Virus record (IMG/VR): IMGVR_UViG_3300018050_000923
DNA length: 20,000 nt
Origin: an uncultured virus (IMG/VR IMGVR_UViG_3300018050_000923)
Taxonomy: Duplodnaviria > Heunggongvirae > Uroviricota > Caudoviricetes
Direction: 5' to 3' (one strand)
Shown here: positions 1-8,217 of the stretch, piece by piece
How positions within the stretch are numbered: the stretch's first letter is position 1
Layout of the letters: every line of letters starts with the position of its first letter
Made by a program: the position numbers and the translations under genes
The notes under the pieces: generated by a model
Databases searched by the model: none
Seen by the model: the letters and a program-made list of their open reading frames with translations, nothing else
What the model was told of the DNA's origin: nothing

Positions 1-448
1 GGCTTTTAGTATTATCAATAAAGACCCAGATCCAGCCATTGTTCCAGATGCAGTTAGAATATTATTAGAGTTTGGCGAAAGCGATACCCCAGGAGTTGGA
101 GAGTGGGCAAGGTTTGAAGTTATTATGTCTAATGAAGATTATGATTTTGCAAACAATAGATATTATGTTATAACAAAGCAGTTACAGGAACTACATAAGA
201 GCATTGGGTTTACATGGAACAATGTTAGCATCATAAAGATTTATGCAACTGTTATTAATAATGAATTGCCATCAACCGATTTTTATGTAGGTCTAGACGC
301 AGTAAGGTTTGAAAATGTATCTACAACAAATCCAATATACGGCCTTACTGGGTATACTGTTATTAAAAATACCAATGCAGAAACAATTATTAAGGCAGCA
401 AACACTACAAACTATATTGAGTTTAGATTTGCAATGGATGTACAGTAA
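1..448 (+). CDS. 5'-truncated phage protein, probably virion/tail structural
   Basis: Frame is open from position 2 (AFSIINKDPDPAIVPDAVRILLEF...) to TAA at 446-448, so it extends beyond the 125 start in the ORF track; beta-rich sequence; TAATG overlap with next gene. Confidence 0.6.
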   Translation, partial: AFSIINKDPDPAIVPDAVRILLEFGESDTPGVGEWARFEVIMSNEDYDFANNRYYVITKQLQELHKSIGFTWNNVSIIKIYATVINNELPSTDFYVGLDAVRFENVSTTNPIYGLTGYTVIKNTNAETIIKAANTTNYIEFRFAMDVQ

Positions 449-888
449 TGGCAACACCAGATTTAGGCATAAAAAAAGTTATTATTCCAAAATCTAAACT
501 GCCTGGATTTTTTGGGGAAAATAGAAAATACATTTTAAGATATAGATTTATATCAGAAGACAAGAATAGAACATCGCATTGGTCTCCAGCATATAAAATT
601 ATTGCTGAAGACACTCCTTCAGAAATATTGAATAGTATGATAATTGATACCGATAATAAAGTTATTAACTTAGCATGGCAACCACAAACAAACGTTGAAG
701 AATATTTTATATATGTAAAATGGAATAACAGTGGATGGCAATATTATACTAAGACATCACAAACTAACTACTCTATAGTTTATGATGCAGCCAAAACATA
801 TGTTCATATTGCAGTACAAGTAAAAACAATACCACTAGAAAGATTTGCCGATGCAATATTGTTTGAAAATGAAGGCAGTCTGGTATAA
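448..888 (+). CDS. hypothetical protein with FN3-like C-terminal domain, probable minor tail protein
   Basis: 146 aa, TAATG-coupled; pattern VINLAWQP...EEYFIYV...YSI...VHIAVQV resembles a fibronectin type III strand pattern. Confidence 0.55.
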   Translation: MATPDLGIKKVIIPKSKLPGFFGENRKYILRYRFISEDKNRTSHWSPAYKIIAEDTPSEILNSMIIDTDNKVINLAWQPQTNVEEYFIYVKWNNSGWQYYTKTSQTNYSIVYDAAKTYVHIAVQVKTIPLERFADAILFENEGSLV

Positions 889-889
889 T
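881..889 (+). promoter_or_regulatory. extended -10 promoter TGGTATAAT
   Basis: TGnTATAAT overlapping the upstream stop codon, followed by SD AGGAGG (895-900) and ATG 905. Confidence 0.6.
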
Positions 890-904
890 TAGACAGGAGG
901 AATA

Positions 905-1345
905 ATGGCAAAAATACCATCACCAGAACCAGGGCAACCTATAGATGTATCTTATATAGATCAGATAGTTCGTGCTATTAACGATCTTTCTGTTCAGATA
1001 TCACCAGCAATTTATAAATATGTTACAGTTGATGTTCCTAAGTTTACATCTCAGAGCGCTAAAATATCTGAGACCAGAGTAATTGGAGGATATGTTGACG
1101 TCTTTAAAGGAATACAAAGCGTTGGTGGGCAAAAAGATTTTTATTATCAGTTTCAACCAGAATTTAAATATCCACCAATTGTTGTAGCAACCCCAGTTAA
1201 TATCAATGGAACAGAAGCAGGTAAAACAGTAACTGTTGTTTTAAAAGAGCCAAGCACTTCTAGGGTTGATGGAACAGTAAATTTTAACTCTGCTGGAGAC
1301 GTTTCTATCGGTGTTAACTTAGTTATTATTGGCATTCCTAATTAA
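905..1345 (+). CDS. putative minor tail/fibre-associated protein (gp53/H-type lectin-like C-terminus)
   Basis: Strong SD; F...FKYPPIVVATP...VNLVIIG pattern recalled from small tail-fibre beta domains. Confidence 0.5.
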   Translation: MAKIPSPEPGQPIDVSYIDQIVRAINDLSVQISPAIYKYVTVDVPKFTSQSAKISETRVIGGYVDVFKGIQSVGGQKDFYYQFQPEFKYPPIVVATPVNINGTEAGKTVTVVLKEPSTSRVDGTVNFNSAGDVSIGVNLVIIGIPN

Positions 1346-1536
1346 TGATCAAATGCAAAAAATGTTCAAGAAAGATGCTAATAGACAGAGTTTACAACTC
1401 AGTGTCTCATTTAGAAATTTATTGCTTATTGTGTGGATCAAGAGTTTTTTTCCATCCACCATCTGATTCGAAGGAAGGAAGATGGCTACTAGAAAAGGAA
1501 ATAGAACGAGCGAAGAATACAATGTCGCTGCTGTGA
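1345..1536 (+). CDS. small zinc-ribbon protein
   Basis: CKKC...CLLCG; TAATG coupling. Confidence 0.7.
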   Translation: MIKCKKCSRKMLIDRVYNSVSHLEIYCLLCGSRVFFHPPSDSKEGRWLLEKEIERAKNTMSLL

Positions 1537-2024
1537 TACCTGGAAATAAAAAAGTTTGGTTTTTAAATAAAGATCTTGTTAGAGTTGTGCATTATAACAG
1601 ATCAAATGGCATTATGTCAATTTATAACATTACAAAAGATAGGTTAGAGAGTTGTCTAATAAATGATTTTAAAAATAAAAGAGAAAGAGCATACACAGTC
1701 GGAGAAACTGCTGATTTAGTTAATAGACATAAAAAATATATGCCATCACTAATGAAGAGAGGTGTCATACCTTTTCCAACTGGATCACAAAAAGGCGGAG
1801 AAAGGGGATGGCAGGTTAGATCTTATTACTCCGAATCGCAAGTCAGAGAGATACGTGATATACTGGCTACATACCATATTGGTAGACCAAGAAAAGATAA
1901 TTTAATAACAAATGATATTACTCCTACAAAAGCAGAGTTGACTCGCAGGATGGGAGATGGTATACTAACATATACAAAGACTGAAGACGGTAGGTTTATA
2001 CCAATTTGGTCAGAATCAATATAA
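1482..2024 (+). CDS. MerR-like helix-turn-helix DNA-binding protein
   Basis: AYTVGETADLVNRHKKYM...KRGVIP...RSYYSESQV matches the MerR/excisionase winged HTH pattern; purine-rich RBS upstream. Confidence 0.7.
   Translation: MATRKGNRTSEEYNVAAVIPGNKKVWFLNKDLVRVVHYNRSNGIMSIYNITKDRLESCLINDFKNKRERAYTVGETADLVNRHKKYMPSLMKRGVIPFPTGSQKGGERGWQVRSYYSESQVREIRDILATYHIGRPRKDNLITNDITPTKAELTRRMGDGILTYTKTEDGRFIPIWSESI
1938..1966 (+). promoter_or_regulatory. intragenic sigma70-type promoter upstream of the replication genes
   Basis: TTGACT(1938-1943)-17 nt-TATACT(1961-1966) with extended TG at 1958-1959. Confidence 0.65.
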
Positions 2025-2038
2025 TAGAAGGGTATGAA

Positions 2039-2245
2039 ATGGAAGATACAAAGGTATCAGTAACACTAGGATATACACTTAATCTTGGAAACTTTCAATC
2101 ACTAAGGTTAGACCTTGGTGTTGTAGATTCAAAGCGTGAAGGTGAAAATACAGATCAAGCATTTGAACGTGTATATAAATTTGTTGAAGATAAGTTAGCA
2201 GCAAAAATAGCAGAAGCAAAGGTTGAACTAGAAGAAGGAAATTAG
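2039..2245 (+). CDS. conserved-looking small phage protein of unknown function
   Basis: ATG 2039 after GAAGGG; MEDTKVSVTLGYTLNLGNFQSLRLDLGV..., 68 aa. Confidence 0.7.
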   Translation: MEDTKVSVTLGYTLNLGNFQSLRLDLGVVDSKREGENTDQAFERVYKFVEDKLAAKIAEAKVELEEGN

Positions 2246-2246
2246 T

Positions 2247-2555
2247 GTGACAGAAAAACAGAAGCGATTTGCTCTGTTGAATAGGTTTGATAAACACTAT
2301 AAGTTTAAACTAGAACAAGAGCCACGCTATAATAAGTGGGTTGAACAATGGTCTGCAAATGCTCTAATAGAATCATATGGCATTGAACTTTGCTATGAAC
2401 TATTGGAATATTATTTTGAAGTCACAGAAAATCCTTCATGGAATCATTTTGCATATATTGCACATGATATACTTGAAAGAAAACAAGAACAAGAAAAAGA
2501 TTTAGTTGATAGATCTCAACGTAGAAAAATGGCAAAGGAGTGGCTGGGTGAATAG
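2247..2555 (+). CDS. hypothetical helical protein (possible helicase loader/initiator by position)
   Basis: GTG start, 102 aa, directly upstream of and overlapping the helicase. Confidence 0.6.
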   Translation: MTEKQKRFALLNRFDKHYKFKLEQEPRYNKWVEQWSANALIESYGIELCYELLEYYFEVTENPSWNHFAYIAHDILERKQEQEKDLVDRSQRRKMAKEWLGE

Positions 2556-3774
2556 TACAGAATCAAAGTTAATCTCAGCCGTACTTCAAGATAAACAGGC
2601 ACACGTATTATTACAAGCAAATATTGAAAACATATTAATCACACATGTCGATGTGTGGCAGTTTATTAGAAAATACTATGAGCACAATGCAACAGTTCCT
2701 CCAACAGAATTAGTAGTAGAAAAGTTTAGAGACTTTGAACCAGTTGTTGGCGTAGGATCTACTAAGCATCATCTTGAAGAATTACAGGCAGAGTATCTTA
2801 CAAACAGTTTAAAAGATATTATTAGGTCTGCTGCTACAGATGTTCAGGGCGGACAAGGTGTGGAAGCACTTGAAACTCTTATTACAAAAACAGCAGAACT
2901 TAGAAAAAATACTGCAGCCATTCGTGATATCGATGTGACTGATTTAGATTCAGCAGTTGCATACTTTGAAAATCTAAAAAAACAACAAGAGGCTGGCGCT
3001 ATAGGAATTAAAACAGGTCTTCCAGGTTTTGATAACTACTTACCTTCTGGAATCATGCCAGGGCAGTTGGGAGTCTTTCTTGCATATCCAGGTATAGGAA
3101 AGTCATGGTTGTCTCTCTATTTTGCTGTACAGGCCTGGAAACAGGGTCGTAGCCCAATGATTATAAGCCTTGAAATGTCAGAAGTTGAAGTACGTAATCG
3201 TGTATTTGCTATCATGGGTGAGGGCCTGTGGTCACACCGTAAACTAAGCGCTGGACAGATAGAGATGGACATGCTTAAGTCTTGGCATGCTAAAAGTGTT
3301 CAGGGTAAACCAGAATTTCATATTATTTCAAATGATACTGGTGGTGATATCACTCCTCTAGTTCTTCGTGGAAAGATTGATCAATACAAGCCAGATTTTG
3401 TTATTGTTGATTATTTACAACTTATGTCTCCAAACCAAAAGTCAGATAATGAAACGGTACGAATGAAGAACCTTTCTCGTGAATTAAAGTTAATGGCAAT
3501 TTCTGAAGAAGTCCCAATTATTGCTATTTCTTCTGCCACTCCAGATGATGTTACTAAACTTGAGACAGTTCCAACACTTGGTCAAACAGCATGGTCAAGA
3601 CAGATTGCATATGATGCTGACTGGGTTTTGGCACTTGGTCGAGGTACTAATAGTGATATTATTGAGTGCGTATTTAGAAAGAACCGTAATGGTTTTATGG
3701 GAGAATTCTTGGTTCAGGCTGATTTTGACAAGGGATATTACAGATATAAGGATTATGAAGATAAGTCAGTATAA
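2548..3774 (+). CDS. dnaB: DnaB-like replicative helicase
   Basis: GTG 2548 with SD AAGGAG (2535-2540); GIKTG, Walker A AYPGIGKS, SLEM, Walker B VIVDYLQL, YDAD, KNRNG. Confidence 0.95.
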   Translation: MNSTESKLISAVLQDKQAHVLLQANIENILITHVDVWQFIRKYYEHNATVPPTELVVEKFRDFEPVVGVGSTKHHLEELQAEYLTNSLKDIIRSAATDVQGGQGVEALETLITKTAELRKNTAAIRDIDVTDLDSAVAYFENLKKQQEAGAIGIKTGLPGFDNYLPSGIMPGQLGVFLAYPGIGKSWLSLYFAVQAWKQGRSPMIISLEMSEVEVRNRVFAIMGEGLWSHRKLSAGQIEMDMLKSWHAKSVQGKPEFHIISNDTGGDITPLVLRGKIDQYKPDFVIVDYLQLMSPNQKSDNETVRMKNLSRELKLMAISEEVPIIAISSATPDDVTKLETVPTLGQTAWSRQIAYDADWVLALGRGTNSDIIECVFRKNRNGFMGEFLVQADFDKGYYRYKDYEDKSV

Positions 3775-3782
3775 TATGCTCC

Positions 3783-4109
3783 ATGGAGACATTTCAGCAC
3801 AAGCCCATAAAGAGGTTTGGTTTGGACGGAATCATCAATGATGACTCTGCCATATACAGATTACAGCAAGAGTATATCAGGCTACTGGTATCAGAAATGC
3901 GATTATCTGGTTATGCCCCAAGGTTTGATATTGATCCACAGTTCACATTATCATATAACGAACACAAAAACTACTTTGAATTTACATTAAGCGTATATGG
4001 AATATATATAGGGAGAAAAAAATCAGAATGGATATTAGGAATAGACGGAACCAAGCCAGTATATACACAGCCAGTCAAGTTAAAAGAGTACTCGCAGGAT
4101 CTGGCATAA
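3783..4109 (+). CDS. hypothetical phage protein
   Basis: 108 aa between helicase and primase; TATAAT (3770-3775) 7 nt before the ATG, no SD. Confidence 0.7.
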   Translation: METFQHKPIKRFGLDGIINDDSAIYRLQQEYIRLLVSEMRLSGYAPRFDIDPQFTLSYNEHKNYFEFTLSVYGIYIGRKKSEWILGIDGTKPVYTQPVKLKEYSQDLA

Positions 4110-4972
4110 CCGTAGAAAAAGAAGCAGAGTCGGAGTACATAGTATTTTGTCCATTCCATTCTAACCATAGAACCCCTGCTGGAGAAATTAACAAATATAC
4201 TGGATTGTTCTTTTGTTTTTCATGTGGGAAAACAGCAGATTTAATAGAACTAGTAATGCATTTTTCTAATCGAACATATTTTGAGTCTGTTCGGTTTATT
4301 AAAAGCAAAGAGGTAGAAACAGATATATTGTCTGAAATAAATAATAAGTTAATTGAAAAAGAAGAATGGACAGAGTTCGATATGTCTATTATTAATAGAC
4401 TTCATGAGCAGGCCTTTTCTTCAGAAAGAGCCAAAGAATATTTTATTAAAAGAAAAATTAATAGAGAGTCTGTTGCTAAGTTTAAACTTGGTTATTCTGA
4501 AAACCAAGATATGGTATCTATTCCAGTCTATAATCACGAAGGCCTATGTGTCGGATTTGTGGCAAGATCAGTTGAAGGTAAAGATTTTAAAAATACAACT
4601 AAGTTACCAAAGTCTAAAATATTATTTAATCTAAATAGAGTAAAGACTGCTACCAAAGTTTATGTTGTAGAGTCTTCATTTGATGCTATAAGGCTTGATC
4701 AGTTAGGGTTTCCATCAGTTGCAACCCTTGGCGCCAATGTATCATCCAAACAAATAGAGTTATTAAAAAGATATTTTAATGATGTAGTTATAATTGCTGA
4801 TAATGATGAAGCAGGCGGGAATATGAAAGAAAGAATAATTGAGTCATTAGGCAGTAGTGTCACTATAGTAAGCATAGATCAAAAATATAAAGATATAGGC
4901 GACATGGAAGATAGTGATATAATTAAACTTAAGAAAAATTTTAATGATCATATAAAGGAGATGTTTGTATGA
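4028..4972 (+). CDS. dnaG: DnaG-type DNA primase (CHC2 zinc finger + TOPRIM)
   Basis: CPFH...CFSC zinc finger; VVESSFDA, ATLG, ADNDEAG, KDIGD TOPRIM motifs. Confidence 0.93.
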   Translation: MDIRNRRNQASIYTASQVKRVLAGSGITVEKEAESEYIVFCPFHSNHRTPAGEINKYTGLFFCFSCGKTADLIELVMHFSNRTYFESVRFIKSKEVETDILSEINNKLIEKEEWTEFDMSIINRLHEQAFSSERAKEYFIKRKINRESVAKFKLGYSENQDMVSIPVYNHEGLCVGFVARSVEGKDFKNTTKLPKSKILFNLNRVKTATKVYVVESSFDAIRLDQLGFPSVATLGANVSSKQIELLKRYFNDVVIIADNDEAGGNMKERIIESLGSSVTIVSIDQKYKDIGDMEDSDIIKLKKNFNDHIKEMFV

Positions 4973-5268
4973 GTAAGAAAAACCATATGGAATGGTTAGA
5001 GGCCCTAAAAACTATGGGTCATAAAAAGTATTGGAATAGAGCAAACACTGTAGAGTTTTTTGCCTTTGTTGCTAAAGCAATGATTATTTTACCAGGTTTG
5101 CTGTTTGACATAAGTGTTTGGTGGTTTTATATTTTTGCATTGGTTTCAAGCCTTGGGCTTATCTGGTCTTCAACTGTAAAAACAATACCAACCCTAATTT
5201 GGTTTAACATACTATGGTCAATTTTAGCAATACTTTATATTGCAAAATATTTTGGTGTTATTTTATGA
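4969..5268 (+). CDS. small integral membrane protein (about 3 TM helices)
   Basis: 99 aa with three hydrophobic stretches; ATGA overlaps at both ends. Confidence 0.75.
   Translation: MSKKNHMEWLEALKTMGHKKYWNRANTVEFFAFVAKAMIILPGLLFDISVWWFYIFALVSSLGLIWSSTVKTIPTLIWFNILWSILAILYIAKYFGVIL
5105..5133 (+). promoter_or_regulatory. possible intragenic sigma70 promoter upstream of the halogenase
   Basis: TTGACA(5105-5110)-17 nt-TATATT(5128-5133). Confidence 0.4.
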
Positions 5269-6758
5269 AATTAGTTATTATTGGTGGAGGTTCTGCTGGA
5301 TGGATGAGCAGTCTTTTTCTTAAGAAAAGGTATCCTCATTTTGATATTACAGTTATAAATAGTAGCAAATTAGATATCTTGGGTGCGGGAGAAGGAACTG
5401 TTGGAAACTCTAGTTTTGCATTTGATTATATGGAATTAGATGCCTTTGAGTTTATTAAAAAAACAAAATCATCAATTAAAACTGGAGTCAGATTTACTGG
5501 ATGGAATAAAGACACAGATTATTTTATGGGCCTTGCTCCAATGGCATATGAAGAAAATAATGATCTATATCCAAAGGTAGTGGCAACTGCTGCACAAAAA
5601 TATAAATCTTTAAATAAATTAAATATGTATTATAGGCAGGCACTTGATGACAGACTTCCCTTTAAAAAATCAAACCTAACAAATAAATACTTTGCAGACT
5701 CTACCTTTATATGGAAGATGTGGGTTGCTTGGCATTTTGATGCAAGACTTCTTGCTGCCTTCCTTGCTGAAAAAGCAGCAGAACGAGATATCAAGATAGT
5801 AGATAACATTGTTACATCCTTTGAATCTGATGACGATGGAAATATAAATAAAATTATCTTTGAAGATGATACATTTTTAGATTGTGATTTTATAATTGAT
5901 TGCACTGGTTTTCAAAGACTTGTTATTGGAAAACATTTTAAATCTGAATGGATAGATTACAGCAAATATTTACCGCTAGATACTGGTCTAGCATTTATGT
6001 TACCTACAAAAGAGAATTTACCACCATATACAGAACTAATAGCCATGAATGCTGGCTGGGTTTTTAACATACCTTTGCAGCATAGAACTGGTGCTGGATA
6101 TCTATATTCTTCAAAATATATAACAGAAGAAGAAGCAATAAAAGAAATAAAACAAAAATATGGAGATGTTCAAATAATAAAAAAGTTTTATTTTAATGCT
6201 GGACATTATAAAGAAAGTTGGATTAAGAATGTCATTGCAATAGGCTTGTCCTCTGGATTTTTGGAACCAATGGAGGCAACCACGATACATGGAACTATAA
6301 GAATGTTATATAAATTAGTAGATACATTTGATTTAGAAAATTATAATGAAAGTGATATTGAATATTTTAATGAACACCTACATAGATTCTATGCAGATTG
6401 TAGAGATTTTATTGCTATTCATTATATTACAAATAGAGAAGATACCCCGTTTTGGAAAAACTTTACAGTAGATAATGAATTATCAGATAACATTAAAAAG
6501 TTTTTAGAAAAAATGCAGCAACAAACTGTATACATACACGAAGACATGGACTCCTGGGTATCAGACTTACATAAGGTATACTATGGATCATTAGGTACAC
6601 ATCTAAATGAACATGTTATTTCAAAAGAACTTGAAGATGGAGATGCTTTAAAAGAAATCGAAAGAATTGATGAAAGTTTTAGTTCACAATTAGAAGATTA
6701 TATTAAAAATAAAGAGTTTTTTGATATGATTAATAATGATGAGTTGACAATTAAATAA
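5265..6758 (+). CDS. tryptophan halogenase-family flavin-dependent enzyme (PrnA/RebH-like)
   Basis: ATG 5265; IIGGGSAGW, GAGEGT, SIKTGVRFTGW (catalytic Lys position), HFDA, IDCTGF, GWVFNIPLQHRTGAGY, GLSSGFLEPMEAT, HY...REDTPFW. Confidence 0.92.
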   Translation: MKLVIIGGGSAGWMSSLFLKKRYPHFDITVINSSKLDILGAGEGTVGNSSFAFDYMELDAFEFIKKTKSSIKTGVRFTGWNKDTDYFMGLAPMAYEENNDLYPKVVATAAQKYKSLNKLNMYYRQALDDRLPFKKSNLTNKYFADSTFIWKMWVAWHFDARLLAAFLAEKAAERDIKIVDNIVTSFESDDDGNINKIIFEDDTFLDCDFIIDCTGFQRLVIGKHFKSEWIDYSKYLPLDTGLAFMLPTKENLPPYTELIAMNAGWVFNIPLQHRTGAGYLYSSKYITEEEAIKEIKQKYGDVQIIKKFYFNAGHYKESWIKNVIAIGLSSGFLEPMEATTIHGTIRMLYKLVDTFDLENYNESDIEYFNEHLHRFYADCRDFIAIHYITNREDTPFWKNFTVDNELSDNIKKFLEKMQQQTVYIHEDMDSWVSDLHKVYYGSLGTHLNEHVISKELEDGDALKEIERIDESFSSQLEDYIKNKEFFDMINNDELTIK

Positions 6759-6772
6759 CTGTGTGATACACT
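6744..6772 (+). promoter_or_regulatory. sigma70-type promoter for ssb
   Basis: TTGACA(6744-6749)-17 nt-TACACT(6767-6772) with TG at 6764-6765; SD AAGGAG 6788-6793. Confidence 0.75.
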
Positions 6773-6799
6773 ATAAATAACATAACAAAGGAGAAAACT

Positions 6800-7462
6800 A
6801 TGAGCGTTATTAAGGGACTAAAAAATATCAATGCCCTGCTCGATAAGAAAACAGATGAAACAGGTCCAAAGGTTCGCTGGCTTAAGTTGGCCGATGGACA
6901 AGCAGTAAAGATTCGATTCATTGAGGAATTAGATGAAGACTCTGCAAATTATAATGATAAGCGTGGACTTGCACTTGTTGTAAAGGAACACACAAATCCA
7001 AAAGACTATAAGCGTAAGGCTGTAGATACTCTTGATACAGAAGGTCGTGACTGGGCTGAAGAAATGTATCGCAAAGATCCTAAAGGAAATAGCGGATGGC
7101 GTGGTCGTCTTCGTTTTTATTGTAATGTACTTGTAGACGATGGTATTGAAGATAAGCCTTATGTTGCTATATGGTCTATGGGTGTAAGCAAGCAATCTGC
7201 ATTTAATACAATTCGTGAGTATGCTCTTGAAACAGGTAGCATCTCAAATATTGTATGGAAATTGAAGCGTAATGGTCAAGGTACTGAGACATCTTATACT
7301 CTAATTCCATCTGCTCCAGATAAGGAGCCTTTTAACTGGGAAGGCGTTGAGCCATATCCACTAGAGAAGGCGTTGCGTCGTGTTCCATATGCGGAGCAAG
7401 AAGCATTTTATCTTGGATTTGATTCACCTTCATCTACATCAGCGACGAATATCGATTGGTAG
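6800..7462 (+). CDS. single-stranded DNA-binding protein (gp32-like)
   Basis: WLKLADGQAVKIRF, RFYCNVLV, WKLKRNGQGTETSYTL pattern, flexible C-tail ending IDW; location between primase and polymerase; strong SD. Confidence 0.8.
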   Translation: MSVIKGLKNINALLDKKTDETGPKVRWLKLADGQAVKIRFIEELDEDSANYNDKRGLALVVKEHTNPKDYKRKAVDTLDTEGRDWAEEMYRKDPKGNSGWRGRLRFYCNVLVDDGIEDKPYVAIWSMGVSKQSAFNTIREYALETGSISNIVWKLKRNGQGTETSYTLIPSAPDKEPFNWEGVEPYPLEKALRRVPYAEQEAFYLGFDSPSSTSATNIDW

Positions 7463-7471
7463 TATAGATTG

Positions 7472-7495
7472 CTGGGGGGTGTAAAAGCCCCCCAG
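7472..7495 (+). terminator. GC-rich stem-loop after ssb (no U-tract)
   Basis: CTGGGGGG-TGTAAAAG-CCCCCCAG perfect 8-bp stem 10 nt after the ssb stop. Confidence 0.5.
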
Positions 7496-7503
7496 ATATA
7501 ACT

Positions 7504-8217
7504 ATGAAAAAAATTGAATTTATAACTAATAATAAAAATGTTTTGCTGGGTGTTAGTTCACCAAAACCAGCACAAGAATATATACCTCAGTGGTATAAAG
7601 ATTCTAAATCATTTTTTACAAGCAATTCTATTAGTTTTGATAAAAATTTAAATATGACTAAAACAGCAAAACTATGCATTCCAGTTTTAGATTCTATGAC
7701 ATCTGGATATATTCAAGAAACTTGGACAGATATATATATAGAAAGAAATGGAAAAGAAATTAAATATGTTTTTGCTGACTCGTCTATTCCAATATTTTCT
7801 TCAAGAGATAAAAGAACTATACAGAATATGCCTATACCCACAGGACACCTAGATATACTATTTCACTGGAATAGGGTGTGGTGTCCAAAGGTGCCAAAGG
7901 GATATAGTGTTTTGTTTAAGCATCCATCCTATAGAGATGATTTGCCTTTTACAAGTATATCTGGAATAATAGATTCTGATGAATTTATACTTAATGGAAA
8001 GGTAGGATTTTTTATTAAGGATAATTTTACAGGTTTAATTCCTAAAGGAACACCAATGTATCAAATGATTCCTTTTAAAAGAGATGATTGGAAATCTGAA
8101 AGTAGAATGTTGGAAGATGAAGAAAAAGATAATTGGCACCGTATCGCAAATAATATCACCAGTGTTTTTACTGGCGGGTATAAAAAGAAATATTGGAAAA
8201 GAAAGAAATATACTTAA
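7504..8217 (+). CDS. hypothetical accessory protein (possibly dUTPase-like/DUF6065-like beta fold)
   Basis: 237 aa; PKPA..IPQWYK, KLCIPVLDSMTSGY, GIIDSD, IPKGTPMYQMIPFKR motifs; fold assignment is tentative. Confidence 0.6.
   Translation: MKKIEFITNNKNVLLGVSSPKPAQEYIPQWYKDSKSFFTSNSISFDKNLNMTKTAKLCIPVLDSMTSGYIQETWTDIYIERNGKEIKYVFADSSIPIFSSRDKRTIQNMPIPTGHLDILFHWNRVWCPKVPKGYSVLFKHPSYRDDLPFTSISGIIDSDEFILNGKVGFFIKDNFTGLIPKGTPMYQMIPFKRDDWKSESRMLEDEEKDNWHRIANNITSVFTGGYKKKYWKRKKYT

Noticed and set aside
3725..3750. Other TTGACA hexamers (3725, 9013, 10015, 11870, 12347) as promoters
   Set aside because: No acceptable -10 at 16-18 nt spacing
5214..5264. Longer ORF-track starts for halogenase (5214), helicase (2506), dnaE (8193), resolvase (12639)
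   Set aside because: Downstream starts fit SD or stop-start coupling and family N-termini better
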